In this document: in pieces, positions 38,001 through 47,700 of the stretch | Position numbering within the stretch: the stretch's first letter is position 1 | Layout: each line of letters starts with the position of its first letter | From: a virus | IMG/VR virus record: IMGVR_UViG_3300015050_000678 | Span: 26,132 to 90,131 of that record | Reading direction: 5' to 3' (one strand) | DNA: 64,000 nt | Notes under the pieces: generated by a model | Seen by the model: the letters and a program-made list of their open reading frames with translations, nothing else | What the model was told of the DNA's origin: nothing | Databases searched by the model: none | Program-made: the position numbers and the translations under genes

Positions 38001-40348
38001 GCTTCAACTACTTGAGATTCATCTGTTAATGTATTTAAATGTACATCTAAAAGATCTACTTGTGTATTAGATGTATTTATTACTTCAGTAGGAGTATTTT
38101 GAACTGGAGGGTTTTCTACAGGTGTTTCAACAGGTTTAGATTCTTCTTCTATATCTTGAGCTTCTTTTTTAGAAGCTATGTCTGCAAATTTACCCCATAA
38201 GTTTTCTGAAGCATTTAAAAATACTGCTTGATTCTTAGGATCTTTTAATGCATTATAAGTTAAAGTAAAATCTACTTCTCTATCTTTAAGAGATTCTAAA
38301 TCTTTTAACTTGGTTGCAATCTCATCTTTATGTTGGGGATTAATATCTGATTTTTCAATAAAATTAGTTACAATCTTCTTTTGTTCTTTAGACATTTTAG
38401 TAAAGTCTTTAGCAAAAGAATATGGTGTAATTAATAATCCTGGTATAATTGTAGATAATTGTTGTGCACTTTGAGGATCTTCTCCAAATAAAACATTACT
38501 TATTTGTTCACCTAACTCTTTAGTTCTAGCTTTAGAGTTATCTAAACCTTGAGCAGAATACATTAATAATTCTTTTACATCAGGGTGAGCATTAGGAAAT
38601 AACTTAGTTATTTGATTATAAGTTTCTTCAACTTTAGCAATCTTATCTAATCTCTCTTGTACATATTTTTGTACTGCACTTTTACCAGTAATTGCTTCAA
38701 TATTAGCTTTATTCTCTACATTGATTTCAATACCATAATTAGTTTTTAATTCTTCAATAGTTAAATTTTTAAAGTTATTTAGCTCTTGTTTAGTTTCATC
38801 TAATTTACCATTTTGTAATCTATTATAAACATATGAGAACATCATATCTTCATTAGCATTATGATAATTAAAATCATCATTAGCTGCTATTGCATCATCT
38901 TTAGCTTCAGTAATATTTGCTGATCTAACATAATTATCTAAAAACTTCTTTCTTAAGTCTTCAGCTTTATATTTATTTAAAGATTCCACAGCTTGAGCTG
39001 TAATCTTATCTTCAGGATTAGTTATAAATTCATCTTTAAATGCTTTACGTCCTTGAGTAGCTAATACAATACCTGGAGAAGTAATTCCTGCAGATAATGC
39101 ACCAATAATACCTGAATGCCATCCTTCTTGAGTACCATAAGCATCAGCCATACCTTTAGAAAATGAATCTAAGAAGTCTGCTGCATTAGGGTTATAATAT
39201 TTTTTAACATAATAATCTTCAGCAGTTTTACCAATAGCAAATTGTAGCATCTCTTGATTACCTTCAGATAACATTGGAGTACCAATTTTACCAGCTCTAT
39301 AACCTAAATTAGCATATTTACCTTTTTCAACAGCTTTGTAAGCTTGAGTAGCTTCATCAAATACGGTAGTCTTATTAGCAATTTTAGCAAAGTCATTAGT
39401 CTTATTACCAAACATTGTTTTACCAAAAGTTAACCAGTTGTCAGCCATAATTACTGGTAAGTTCATACCAAAGGTCATATCACCTGCTTGTTTTGCCATC
39501 ATATCTACATATGCTAACTCACCTTCAGTCATTTGTTTCTCATTACCAAAATCATCATGAGTTAGTTTATATCTAATATTTTTTTCAGTTTCACGAGCTT
39601 CAGCTCCAGCTTCACCAGTAGCGGATGTTAATGCTATAGTCCCTTGTCTAGCACCATCTTTAATTAATTTTTTAGTAGAAGCATTAGCAACATCTTTTAA
39701 ACCTTCAGTAACACCTTGTTGAGTTACTGATTCAATAATACCTGCCGCTTCAGCAGTACTTCCTGCTGCACCTAAAGCTTTACCTGCAATAGATAATCCT
39801 TTACTCCAAGCAGCACCAGTTAATGCAGCACCAATACTAGTACCTGCACCACCCATAATATCTCTAAAGATAGTATTTGCATGCCATAATTTAGCTAAAC
39901 CTTGATCTGTAGATTCTTCTTTATCTGAATAAAATGGATTACTTTTATCAACTGCAGCATTAATCTTATCTAATGTTTGAGTTAAATCATTATTGTAATA
40001 TGAATTAAAATCACCATTAGCTAATGCTGCTACAGTACCATAAAAAGGATTTATAATACCTTCTGCAGCAGTAGTAAGAGTTTTACCTGCCATACCAACT
40101 AACCCATTACCTGCTTTAGTCCAATTAGATTGTCTTTCTCCACGGAGATAATTATAATCTCCAGTTTTTAATTCATTCCAAGAAGTTTCTTGAGGTTTAT
40201 CATATTGTGAAGTTCCAAAATCAGAAGCCTGTAACCCAAAAGTATCTCCACTTTCAATATCTAATTGTTTAGATTGTTTTCCAGTTAAAGATTGTAATTG
40301 TTTATTTGGATCAAATGTAATTGGTGTAATTATAGGATTTTCTGGCAT
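29009..40348 (-). CDS. Giant virion-packaged DNA-dependent RNA polymerase (crAss-like)
   Basis: 3779 aa; catalytic GADFDFDK (~31661-31684), YRIPTEG and TDAQ motifs; zincin-like HEAFH (35561-35575). Confidence 0.9.
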   Translation of the reverse strand: MPENPIITPITFDPNKQLQSLTGKQSKQLDIESGDTFGLQASDFGTSQYDKPQETSWNELKTGDYNYLRGERQSNWTKAGNGLVGMAGKTLTTAAEGIINPFYGTVAALANGDFNSYYNNDLTQTLDKINAAVDKSNPFYSDKEESTDQGLAKLWHANTIFRDIMGGAGTSIGAALTGAAWSKGLSIAGKALGAAGSTAEAAGIIESVTQQGVTEGLKDVANASTKKLIKDGARQGTIALTSATGEAGAEARETEKNIRYKLTHDDFGNEKQMTEGELAYVDMMAKQAGDMTFGMNLPVIMADNWLTFGKTMFGNKTNDFAKIANKTTVFDEATQAYKAVEKGKYANLGYRAGKIGTPMLSEGNQEMLQFAIGKTAEDYYVKKYYNPNAADFLDSFSKGMADAYGTQEGWHSGIIGALSAGITSPGIVLATQGRKAFKDEFITNPEDKITAQAVESLNKYKAEDLRKKFLDNYVRSANITEAKDDAIAANDDFNYHNANEDMMFSYVYNRLQNGKLDETKQELNNFKNLTIEELKTNYGIEINVENKANIEAITGKSAVQKYVQERLDKIAKVEETYNQITKLFPNAHPDVKELLMYSAQGLDNSKARTKELGEQISNVLFGEDPQSAQQLSTIIPGLLITPYSFAKDFTKMSKEQKKIVTNFIEKSDINPQHKDEIATKLKDLESLKDREVDFTLTYNALKDPKNQAVFLNASENLWGKFADIASKKEAQDIEEESKPVETPVENPPVQNTPTEVINTSNTQVDLLDVHLNTLTDESQVVEALNNTDLSQSEKGDKYEKWANRQNTKATEDLNNKLNTENQQSNNSLEAKKADIERRRQDELNSKNKQLTDYLEATKELSKYGNIVSEAYGKLLDESIKLSKEGKQEESNKLSDLLDYIGRMYSPEDLLEGSKTPISIYLKEAQESLDKWMSSRGEKTISGKINTKYDAELAALNQSNVVEETTILTSEIDPKDIEVIETLSNGASNAFDESNNQDEVLDKSNQISDKEFTSKKPNALMMKHYEFQAGKKVWARDSDGYVIEESNPDVSIAVSDRRNALEGSKVMYRHDGENISIIEVPGGITLGFMALPHETTSTDPVVLASLEELKNIRAYILSKPSDSIRTTVAVKGKGKLLIKIQHNLPVLDQKVSSRSQDMVDNKPLFLYDNGESLVGKKLSTNQEAVANQFAGISYAVENVNDPTTSKLGVGRVFQTVKTANDSWSIIPMFTEIIGKTNNSDKVTNTIIETLINNISGDGMSINYNKTIEDLNKYIFISSGNKFKNHNGIKVFENKDKTEIGRLSISGNTFKFNDIKSNNPAIIVELKKALESCRFNLDLNNLNKTEYQQELLANNVLVTNAYTDSNNNYYVQPYIELNNPEGYITEEVKPEIQSNKRKIYLEHLKEQYKSYMHLFKDSEIENFKSLNINQKNAFDNDFVYSEKDRKLFNNNEYIEFLESRIKNMGAEHPNWILYRRLLFEFVTRELEDKSRFVKEESKIKSVTENNVTETKPVEINRNVDHSFDEGLSFSRTKLEGKPVDKKSIAILEKILPGLTLADAKQIEEVSKNLKDTYGMFRNMLIYLFNGATNQTMYHEAFHGVFRNILSDNERSQVLTEAINKYDKPNAERLQFLREGRGNLNLSEEVLTQLHYEEKLSDDFGKYADGEFNKSLGQTILDFFKKIFDLFNIFKNSSVNQVEKLFSEITKGKFAKRSIDAKLANLPLNYKDFGQAYVRAMGIKDNTPLSYELERTKSISDNILDAISQEVANGTPLTKVDVGIIIQSIKDKYLEVYNSSPEGSVKTMAGRVYLDFDAILENVKKQIWATRKIKLPNVITKDSKIEDSEGVQDTKDTEITSDMEGNETKGWKEMTSISGIKTATHEIKLFLSNIPVIKKDGKIDTDAYGFNKFHSFEEIYHTLENTLIGTTTFEEQTKVLKSLAPYKPVLQQVLTSIEDIKNTEVRSKFKQQFAANFNKQVLNYKLVTYKKVGDNFEFKMIDPNRQGVELNLKTKWESSNIIDPNNLVTNDIRTFNIEEGVYEINPDKVKTLLDSYQGKDLNIDGVFDLANKLGIGLSYSTIETFSNIPSVNKFTSLQNLTRDLLSYANNKWVGKKFSDARKTFNELVKLEVNAQTALFTSSFNNVENSTVYAVQYQSYASKLVNKLSNDVLGYELKQDFERDPIFKNNFLFKNRHNLQMFAMDGLKMEGDNVEGKKFNQIDSDDYTAMIINMFVNKQAETNMISSPALYAPIIPAEKGLSFGFSYDKLTVPDNLEGSTFLEEFRQLFLNEFTRIKQVSKDIRDNKETPERLVNNYHLGKKLGLQFNLTNAIDSKLKAELDNFLESNLDSTEDLRISLSKVGLLQKVDAALIQELENIVKTEKQTLLDKNIIQEVNGKLVSDKISSTLVENTIDKIVREWSLNSYLFNISSSLLVNGDPAFYKGPADNGKRFYQGYSMLKFADTSVIDQSYKFLQGGKMKINVISDVNTATESKEALSELSKLANNPKIQELANAEYNKSDSINATDAQMFVSVDLYNELQKVFGQESDKLSVLKPFYYSNQWNAEMNRYEPVQVKCSVFALTDEYVANNPLLAEHKKLMDESSSYPQVIAFESTMKALSPHRANINTPETTSVVELDLSSFGEQVANPDHMLDSENSSLRQLKMLFYGMVENDIMYGEKLGKDIKAEIALLDKTNIEEALQKVVKGFSTNDPALTKMIQEAITSRNATSIIEKVFQQNADGTFQYPLDLISSSSTIQLISSIFSGNVTRQSFVGGSAVQVSAIGLQVGPRISKEDIAKDPLLNKIRTSLKYIAKDPNNDHSIDYCEAAAPIWMKEFLNEDDTIKDNIPEEMKQLLVYRIPTEGAHSMMAVKVVHFLPNDYKGVMLLPYEVTKQFGADFDFDKIFFIARDSRMVNGEIKPYIFIDDVSKVEERYFIYRELNKDSSLSLEDFKKLSIIEQNVKPARDNKLLDNYMQILRSVNMLESLITPSGPGGIADIAEELERKSTKKKSNNYFTALSQVALKDLFHKISRLKGIAALQSSGHAWCTEGNLNIKSKKTQSGWLEQGVKIFNNGKTVNRNNLNQIKSDNGTKIVEELNAMTATILDAVKTPEMLPSIGITEKTLPLWAYITRLGLGTDVASRITSQPAIKDLSTALEYNDKQLKSKGFTRKSIETVIGDYNKIYTTEFDKVMARAEANSTSQEYYELKDKFLSKSTSKDVMQYDSIDLNELTQFTGLTLDNLSNPKAFESVKLTNSPVGYKTLPEYKKLKFLQLQISLLNMYANNEKIIAELGQLNNLFSINKETGPNFEDVNGKLEIYKTLTSESTLIDGIGELLNSNAIKPYIDTVQAEFNVLENHYNFASNFFNGIKNEIAKKVYGKSDVDFTRLKSEDRNTINGFIQMYLDAETTFKDIYIDENRVSEKEFMDDMAMLTSGNIHKDATFKIFGKQIPTSVQEKLKSMTIFQLLHVENIKNSNERFVSLKGNGKIELHQKELLINDLLTLWNEPSGVYKPLVKRLVEHSFTNTGLFTGLNSYSSYIDPSILQDLGLTENRIKVRPTLKSEFINKDRVDLIVDQLIRNFAKKFTKTYDNDKKLFTLVDDGKTLVVDKDSTDSRKIELNLDLKDTAKVEYIRFKLNKDFTPIYKFDKEASDLSGQVTYRQTTYLGQPGKRLEINPFNEVSTEFPNNKYEKMEIKVKEVKPKNLIPTPKVESEEFTDNSESLYEGYNEIKPTEQDTIEESMDLESTNNNTNLAETKEFNEWYGTELENNPDISLEEALEYYKNCKL

Positions 40349-40351
40349 GGT

Positions 40352-42343
40352 TTATTGTTTAGTTTGTTCAAATGCTCCTGCATAATTTCTTTGCAAGTAA
40401 TCTCTTTCTGATGCATGAATATCTCCAAGTGTCATAACTTCTGTTTGACCACTTTCAGTATCCACTCTTAAAACCTTATCATCTGCTTCATTAGTAGTAC
40501 CAAAACCTTTATGTTGATAAGCAACATAGTTATATTTTGGAGTACCTTTATCTGTTAAAATATCACTAGATTTAATACTTACAGGTTCATAACCATTTAA
40601 TTTTGTTAAATTTTCATTTAAATGGTTAGCTAACATTAAACCCATAGGATTATTACTAGGTATTGATTTAAAATTATCTTTTAAACTACCTACAATATTA
40701 TTTGCATAATCTCCAACTGTTTTATTATTACTATCAATAATTGTAGAATGACTTTGTTTTCCTTGTCTAGCTTTTAAAATATCTTGGGTTAAACCATGAG
40801 TATTTTTAGTCATAGCATTTAATGTAGCATCTCCTGGATTATAATCATAAGATTTATTTTTAGAATCCATTTTATAAGTACCTTCTTGTGGTGCAAAATA
40901 ATTAATACCTCTTATAGCACCATCTTTAGCAATTTCCTCTTTATTTTTAGAAATAACCTCACCTGTACTTTGATCAACTATTTTTGCTACTTCTAATATT
41001 GGTGATTTTTTAAATACTGTATTTCCATCAGAATCTGCTGTAACTTTTCCTAATAATTCATCAGATAAATTATTACCAAATCTAGATTGTAATCCTGCTG
41101 AAGTATTACCTTGTAATTGCATATTTTGACCATAATCAGCAAGTTGTTTTTGTAATTTAGTAAAATCAGTTTTAGATTTATCTGAAGATTGTTTAGGTAT
41201 TTCTAAACCTAAACCTCTAGCAGTACTAATTAAATCAGTATAAAACTTTGTAACTTGTTGATTATCTCCACCTAATTTTTTTCTTGGTTCATGATATTCA
41301 CCACCTTGTGTTACATAACCCATGTGTTGTTTTTCATTATTGATAATAGGTTTACCATTATCATCAAGAATATCTACATTGATACCTAACCAACCAAGAC
41401 CTGATTTGGGTGTAGCTGGTTCAGTTAATCCTTGAACTGGGTTTTGATATGTAGGCATTGGAGTATCAAATTCTTTTTTCTCTTTTCTAATATCATTAGA
41501 CATACCTGTAACTTGTACATCAGTACCACCACCAGTATTACTAAATACCTGATTAGATCCTGCATTATATAAATAATCAGAAACACGTTTATATAATTCT
41601 TGTGATGTAGCATTAGGATTTTGATACCTAATTAAGTCTAAAAAATCTTTACCTTTTTCTGTTTGAATAAAATCTTCAGCCTTACGATTAGCTAAATCTC
41701 TAACCCTAGTATCTTTAACATAAGTACCATGAGAATCTTTAGTATAAATATTACCATCTTCAGGATTTAATTTTGAATTTTTAGAATCATATCCCATCTT
41801 AGCAATATCTTTCATTTGATCTCTAGCTTCAGAGGCATGATCTTGAACTTCTCCCATACCACTAAATCTAAATGGTATTAATTCACCATTTTCACCAATT
41901 AATTGTTGACCTAATTGTTTATCTTTATAAACTGCATACTTATCACCTTTTTTAGATTTATCTTCTTTATAAGCTTTATAATTTAAATAAGAATTTTCTA
42001 ATTCTTGTCTAATAGGGTTATTAATAAAATCTCTCTTAACTTGTTCTAATTCTCTATTAGCATTAGGATCACCTGCAGCAATTTTAGCAGCTAAAGCATC
42101 TATCCTAGGATGAAATTCAGCATCTAATTCTTGCTTCTTTTGAATATTAGATAAACCTAATTGAGGATCATGGATTGCTGGAACATTTGCCATCAAATCA
42201 TTTAACTTATAAGTATCACCTATAGCTGTATCATATTTTTGTTGCATCTTAGCACCTAAAGCACCAATAGCCTCAAAAGGCATTGGTACTCTAGTACTTA
42301 CATATTGTTGTTGTTCTGAAGTATCAAATCTATTTGAAGGCAT
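40352..42343 (-). CDS. Putative ejected virion protein
   Basis: N-terminal NRFD...YVSTRVPMPFE; located upstream of the RNAP as in crAss-like genomes. Confidence 0.55.
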   Translation of the reverse strand: MPSNRFDTSEQQQYVSTRVPMPFEAIGALGAKMQQKYDTAIGDTYKLNDLMANVPAIHDPQLGLSNIQKKQELDAEFHPRIDALAAKIAAGDPNANRELEQVKRDFINNPIRQELENSYLNYKAYKEDKSKKGDKYAVYKDKQLGQQLIGENGELIPFRFSGMGEVQDHASEARDQMKDIAKMGYDSKNSKLNPEDGNIYTKDSHGTYVKDTRVRDLANRKAEDFIQTEKGKDFLDLIRYQNPNATSQELYKRVSDYLYNAGSNQVFSNTGGGTDVQVTGMSNDIRKEKKEFDTPMPTYQNPVQGLTEPATPKSGLGWLGINVDILDDNGKPIINNEKQHMGYVTQGGEYHEPRKKLGGDNQQVTKFYTDLISTARGLGLEIPKQSSDKSKTDFTKLQKQLADYGQNMQLQGNTSAGLQSRFGNNLSDELLGKVTADSDGNTVFKKSPILEVAKIVDQSTGEVISKNKEEIAKDGAIRGINYFAPQEGTYKMDSKNKSYDYNPGDATLNAMTKNTHGLTQDILKARQGKQSHSTIIDSNNKTVGDYANNIVGSLKDNFKSIPSNNPMGLMLANHLNENLTKLNGYEPVSIKSSDILTDKGTPKYNYVAYQHKGFGTTNEADDKVLRVDTESGQTEVMTLGDIHASERDYLQRNYAGAFEQTKQ

Positions 42344-42347
42344 ATTG

Positions 42348-42380
42348 TAAAGATATTAATTAATTAATTAGTAACCAAAA
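42348..42380 (-). promoter_or_regulatory. Bacteroidota-type promoter
   Basis: Minus strand reads TTTG-N20-TATCTTTA, ending 4 nt before ATG 42343. Confidence 0.4.
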
Positions 42381-44615
42381 TTATTTTTTTATTTTAAATC
42401 CTGATTTCTCCATAGCTTTTCTAAACTCAGGATTATTATAATATTGTGTCATCATATCTAAAGTTTTTTGATCCATTGAATCACCTTTAACATCTCTCAT
42501 TTGATTAGCAACATTACTACCCATTGAACCAATTGCTTCACCTTTACCAGATCTATTTCTAGCTCTATTTTGTGCATTAGCAATAACTTCATTCATAGCA
42601 ATTTGTGAATTAAATTGAGCATTCTGATTACCAATTTGAGAATTAGCATTATCATATTCTCTACGAACTCTACCAATATCAGCAGATGTTCCAGCTCTTA
42701 ATGCTTGAGTATTACCTAACAATGTTGCAGCATTACCACCAGCACCAGTTTTTAAATTACCTAATCCTTGTCTATATTGATATTCTTTATCTTTAATTGC
42801 TTGAGTAGGATCTAAATAACTAGGTTTAACTCTTTCATAAGTTTCAACTTCTGGTTTATTATATCTACTTAAATTATAAATATTACCTGCATTATTTGCT
42901 GCAAATGTAGCAACGTTATTAGCTAAATTATTCCAATCAAATTTATTTGATGGTGGTGGAGTATCTGGTGTACTTGATCCTGCATCTAATGCTAATTTAT
43001 TTAATCTATTAGCACTCCATTTATCTAAATCTGGTTTATTAAATGTATTATAAGGATCTGGTCCCATTACTTCATTAGGATCAAAACCACTATTTCTACC
43101 ATTATTACCTGGTATAATTACATCATCACCTTCTCCTTCTTGTGCCATTTTAGGAGTAAATTTAACACCGTTTCCAAATTTAGGTAAATTCATTCCACCA
43201 TATTTAAATCCAGTAGTCTTAACAACTTTTGGATCTACCATTTGAGTAGTACCATCCGCATAAGTTAATTTATTTCCACCACCTCTTAATAATTGATTAG
43301 TTTGCCAATTAGCAGTACTAGGAGTTTTATTTACAATACCTACAACACCACTTCCTGGTTTAAATTCTGCAAATTCAGAAGAAGGTAAACTACCAAAATT
43401 AGCAGTAGAATCTGTACCAACTCCACCACCTACATTACTAAATGTATCTGATGTTTTATTATAAGCATATTTCTTAGGGTCATAGTAGTTTAAATTTCTA
43501 CCAGATTGATTTCTTGGATCCGGAGCCCAACCTTGAGTTTTATAATAGTTATCAAATTGAGATCTATTATTAAATGTTGGTATAGATGGTACTGGTGGAC
43601 CACCAAATTGATACATTGGTAATTTAACACCACCCATAGCAAATTCACCTTCAGATTGTTCAGACATACCTTGAGGTTCCATCTGTTCATTATCTGTTGA
43701 AGGTAAGGTTACCCCCATACGTTTAGCATAAGCTTGAACTTTAGCTTGCTTAAAAGCTTCTTGATTTGCAAATAATGTTTCAGAATTTTTATTCTTAGCC
43801 ATAGACATAAGCATTGCAGTATGTTTAGAAATATTACCATGTTTATCAGATGATAAAATCTTATCTTCTTTATTAGTATTATTAGATTTATTTAAATCTG
43901 CAAATGTTTTCTTCGTTCCAGGCATCTTAAGTTTATCTGAGAATATTAAAGAGTTTTGAGGTATATCAGTTTTAATACCACCTGCAGCATGACTAGGACC
44001 ATTAAATTGTGTAAATTGACCATTAGGTGCTACAGAGTTTTCTTCTTTCTCTACTTCAGCATTAATTTGACCATTACCACCATTAGCATATTGAATACCT
44101 CCTGCACCATATTGAATAGTACCACCATACATTGCTTCTGGAATTTTTGTTTTTTGACCATTCATAAATCCTCCAGCCATTGATCCAACTTGACCTGCTA
44201 TATTACCTATTTGTCCAGATTTATCTCCTTCATTATAAATAGGATTACCTTGAGAGTCATAACCATTAAATCCTTGTTCATTCTGTGGTCCAAATTGATT
44301 ATATGCTCCACCAGTCATTTGTTGACCAGCAGAAATAAGTTGACCGGATCCTGGTACTACTGCATTTGCTACTATTGGAGCTGCTGCTTTAGCTACTGCA
44401 CCAGTAACATTAGTTACTTGATTAAATTTATTAGCAGAGTTACCTTGATAATTAATACCTTTACCTGCACCGATAGCATCAACCCCTAAAGCATTTAGTG
44501 ATGTATCAGCAATACCTAATCCATAATTTTTAAAAAAATTACCTACATTAGATTTATCTTTAGAGTCAAATCCTCCACCAAATTTATATTTGGGTATTTT
44601 ATTAGTCTTTTTCAT
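42381..44615 (-). CDS. Putative virion cargo protein with repeated [YF]xxGG motifs
   Basis: Gly/Asn-rich; AEVE..E and GPSHAAGG...IFSDKL motifs; about nine aromatic-x-x-GG motifs. Confidence 0.6.
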   Translation of the reverse strand: MKKTNKIPKYKFGGGFDSKDKSNVGNFFKNYGLGIADTSLNALGVDAIGAGKGINYQGNSANKFNQVTNVTGAVAKAAAPIVANAVVPGSGQLISAGQQMTGGAYNQFGPQNEQGFNGYDSQGNPIYNEGDKSGQIGNIAGQVGSMAGGFMNGQKTKIPEAMYGGTIQYGAGGIQYANGGNGQINAEVEKEENSVAPNGQFTQFNGPSHAAGGIKTDIPQNSLIFSDKLKMPGTKKTFADLNKSNNTNKEDKILSSDKHGNISKHTAMLMSMAKNKNSETLFANQEAFKQAKVQAYAKRMGVTLPSTDNEQMEPQGMSEQSEGEFAMGGVKLPMYQFGGPPVPSIPTFNNRSQFDNYYKTQGWAPDPRNQSGRNLNYYDPKKYAYNKTSDTFSNVGGGVGTDSTANFGSLPSSEFAEFKPGSGVVGIVNKTPSTANWQTNQLLRGGGNKLTYADGTTQMVDPKVVKTTGFKYGGMNLPKFGNGVKFTPKMAQEGEGDDVIIPGNNGRNSGFDPNEVMGPDPYNTFNKPDLDKWSANRLNKLALDAGSSTPDTPPPSNKFDWNNLANNVATFAANNAGNIYNLSRYNKPEVETYERVKPSYLDPTQAIKDKEYQYRQGLGNLKTGAGGNAATLLGNTQALRAGTSADIGRVRREYDNANSQIGNQNAQFNSQIAMNEVIANAQNRARNRSGKGEAIGSMGSNVANQMRDVKGDSMDQKTLDMMTQYYNNPEFRKAMEKSGFKIKK

Positions 44616-44677
44616 GGATATAACTTAATTAGTTATTGTATTATATAATATAATGTATTTCAGTGGTATAAACAAAC

Positions 44678-44709
44678 AATAATCCAAGTTTATGATAACT
44701 TGGATTATT
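44678..44709. terminator. Perfect 13-bp inverted repeat (terminator or operator)
   Basis: AATAATCCAAGTT-tatgat-AACTTGGATTATT. Confidence 0.6.
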
Positions 44710-44734
44710 ATAGTATTTTGTATAATTTTTAAAA

Positions 44735-47700
44735 TTATCTATCAGATATTCTAAATAATGTTTTAATATTGTGAACCACAAACCTTAATCCTAAGAGATT
44801 ATTATAACTTAGATCTATATTCACCCACTTATCTCTTAACCTATCACCAAATGTAGTTTTTGTAAGTTTAGATGGATCAAATATAGATGATGTGGATACA
44901 GGATAAACATCATAGTTAAATTTATTTCTAGGTATCTGTAAATTAAATCCTTGTTCAACTTTTCTAATGTTACCTCCTTTAGTAATATCTAAAGGAACCC
45001 AATCAGTATTTTGATATTCATTATATAATCTAACTTGATTAAATGTAGAATCTTTAACATTAACATCATCTGGATAACTTGGTAAAGTTATTGAACCAGG
45101 ATATATATTTAAATCATCTGACCATTCAATATTATCATTAATTGCTTCTGTCATCATTGTTAAATTATCAAACACTTTAGTATATAAAGGTTGTTCATTA
45201 ACAATAAGTTTTAAAGTACTTGGGTATATAATATCATAAAATTTAGAATAAGTACCATAATTATGTAAAAATATCTTTTTATTATTTGAGGTATTATTTA
45301 CTACAGATAGCAAATACTTATTATTGTTTATATACATATTAGGTACAAAAGAATACATTGACACAAAAACATTTAAATATTCTGAAAAACTTATTGTATA
45401 ATTTTCATCAGAAGTATTTGATACTTCATTTAAATTATTTTTAATAGTAAATAAAAATTCATTATTTTGATAATCATAAGTTGTAAGTAATCCCTTACCT
45501 ATAATTGGATTATCATAATTAATAATATTATCATGTAATCTTTTAATAATAAAATTACGTTGTCCTTTTGTATCACTAATTGGTGTTAATGTTTCTCCAT
45601 TAAATGTAAATATCTTTTTTTGTCTAATATCAATAAATGCTATTGTATTTTGAGATTTATATACTGACCATTGATGTCTAGTACCAATATCTAAGGCTTT
45701 ATAAAAATGTTTTTGAATTATAGATATACTAGATCCTAACTTAATAGGTGCTCCAGATGTAATATCATTAACCATTGATACAGGATTAATCATCAACATC
45801 CCAAATCCTTTTTCTTGTATAAAATATACATTTTGATTTAAAGATATTAATGAAGTAATTCCACCATAATTACCTTCTACATCATAAAATTGATTTATAG
45901 GGTATACTGACCAAGAATCAGAAGTCTCATTATCATATTTAACTTCTGAAATATATATTCTATTTCTCCACTCATCATTTACAATAAAATCTACAGGTTT
46001 AGGAATAAATTTAGTAGTTGTTTTTTCATTACTATGATAATTTTGATAAACATAATCATCTATCGCGGTTGGATAATACCATGTACCACTTGTTAAATTT
46101 TTATCAAAATGTGAACCTCCTCTAACTGCTTGATTGTTAACATTAGTACAAGGAATATAGAACATATTAGACATTCTAGCATTAGCAACACTAGTTGTTG
46201 CACCAAGTACTGAACCTGTTTGAGTTGGACTTGGTGGATCATTTGGATAGTATCTATACTCTGTACCTGTACTATCTTTAATCATTTTTTGTAAATCCCA
46301 ATTATTGATAAATACATCACCATTAAAAACATTAGAAGTTACTATTTTATTATTTACTAAAATATTATTATTTCTAATTAATGGTATAAAACTACCACAA
46401 GCAATATATTCATTACTTGATCTATTTGTGTATGTATTACCTCCATATTGTTTAGGATTAGGTCTGTAATATAATGCCATTAGTTTTTCACCATTTGTAT
46501 CATCAGCACCAAAAGTAGTACTTGAACTAATACTGTTAGCACCATCATATGTAGTTAACATAGTAGCGGCTCCTTGACCTGGTATTGTACCATCGCCACC
46601 AGGACCAAATACATTCATATAATTATTATAAGCATTAAATCCTGTTTCAACAGCAGTTAATGTTGATCCTGCATTACAAAATAACCCTTTTGATATTGTT
46701 CTATTAACATTAACATTACTTCTTGAATATGTAGTATTATCATAATAAAACAACATATAAATTGGTGTTTCTTCAGCATCAAAACCTGTAACAAATCTTG
46801 ATCCATCAAATAATGGACTACCATAATATAATTGAGTATTTGTACGACTACTATTAGTTAAATATGCTTGTAAATCATAAAAAGCAGTTCTATATCTACT
46901 TAAATTACTAGGACCTCTAAAATTAATAGGTTTAACTTTAGACCTAATTAACATTTTATCACCTGCTTGATGTGTAAATTCTCCAAGCATATAATCAAAA
47001 CAATCAAATGTTAACATTCTATCTGAAACTGTACCATCATTATTAGTAGTAGCTTGAGCTAAAGTTTCAATACTATCTTCGTTTGGCCAAGGTCTATATG
47101 GAAATCCAAAATTAGGTATAGGTAAAACTGTAGATGCAGGATAAAATTCAGCAGTATCTTTATACATACCTCCACCTAAATTAGCAAAATCAACAGTTGA
47201 TTCTTTATATGTATTTGTTAACATACCATAACCCAACATTGTTCTATTTTCTCTAGTTCTTTCAACTCTAACTATTTGATAACCACCAATTAAATTAGAT
47301 ATTGCTGAAACATCTACTTTAAATTTAATATATAATGATCTACCATATATACTGTTAGTACCAGCATAAAAAAATGAATTTCTAAAATCAGATATACCAG
47401 CAGCTATTTCTAAAGCTGTTAGATTATTACAAGTATCATTATAACTAGGCATTTTAATATCACCTATCCATTCTGTAAAATATGGAACTCCTTGTAAATC
47501 AAAGAATTGAATACCAAATCTATAAATTTCTTCTTGTTGAAATCCTTTTAATAAAGAAGTATAATATGGATTTTTAGAAGTACCTACACCATTAATTGGG
47601 TATGTTTGATTATCTGAATCTGTTGTCCCTAGAATTAAATCTGAAGGATTAGGTACTCCAGATATACCTATTGTTTTATAACTATACGGTGGTCCACCAG

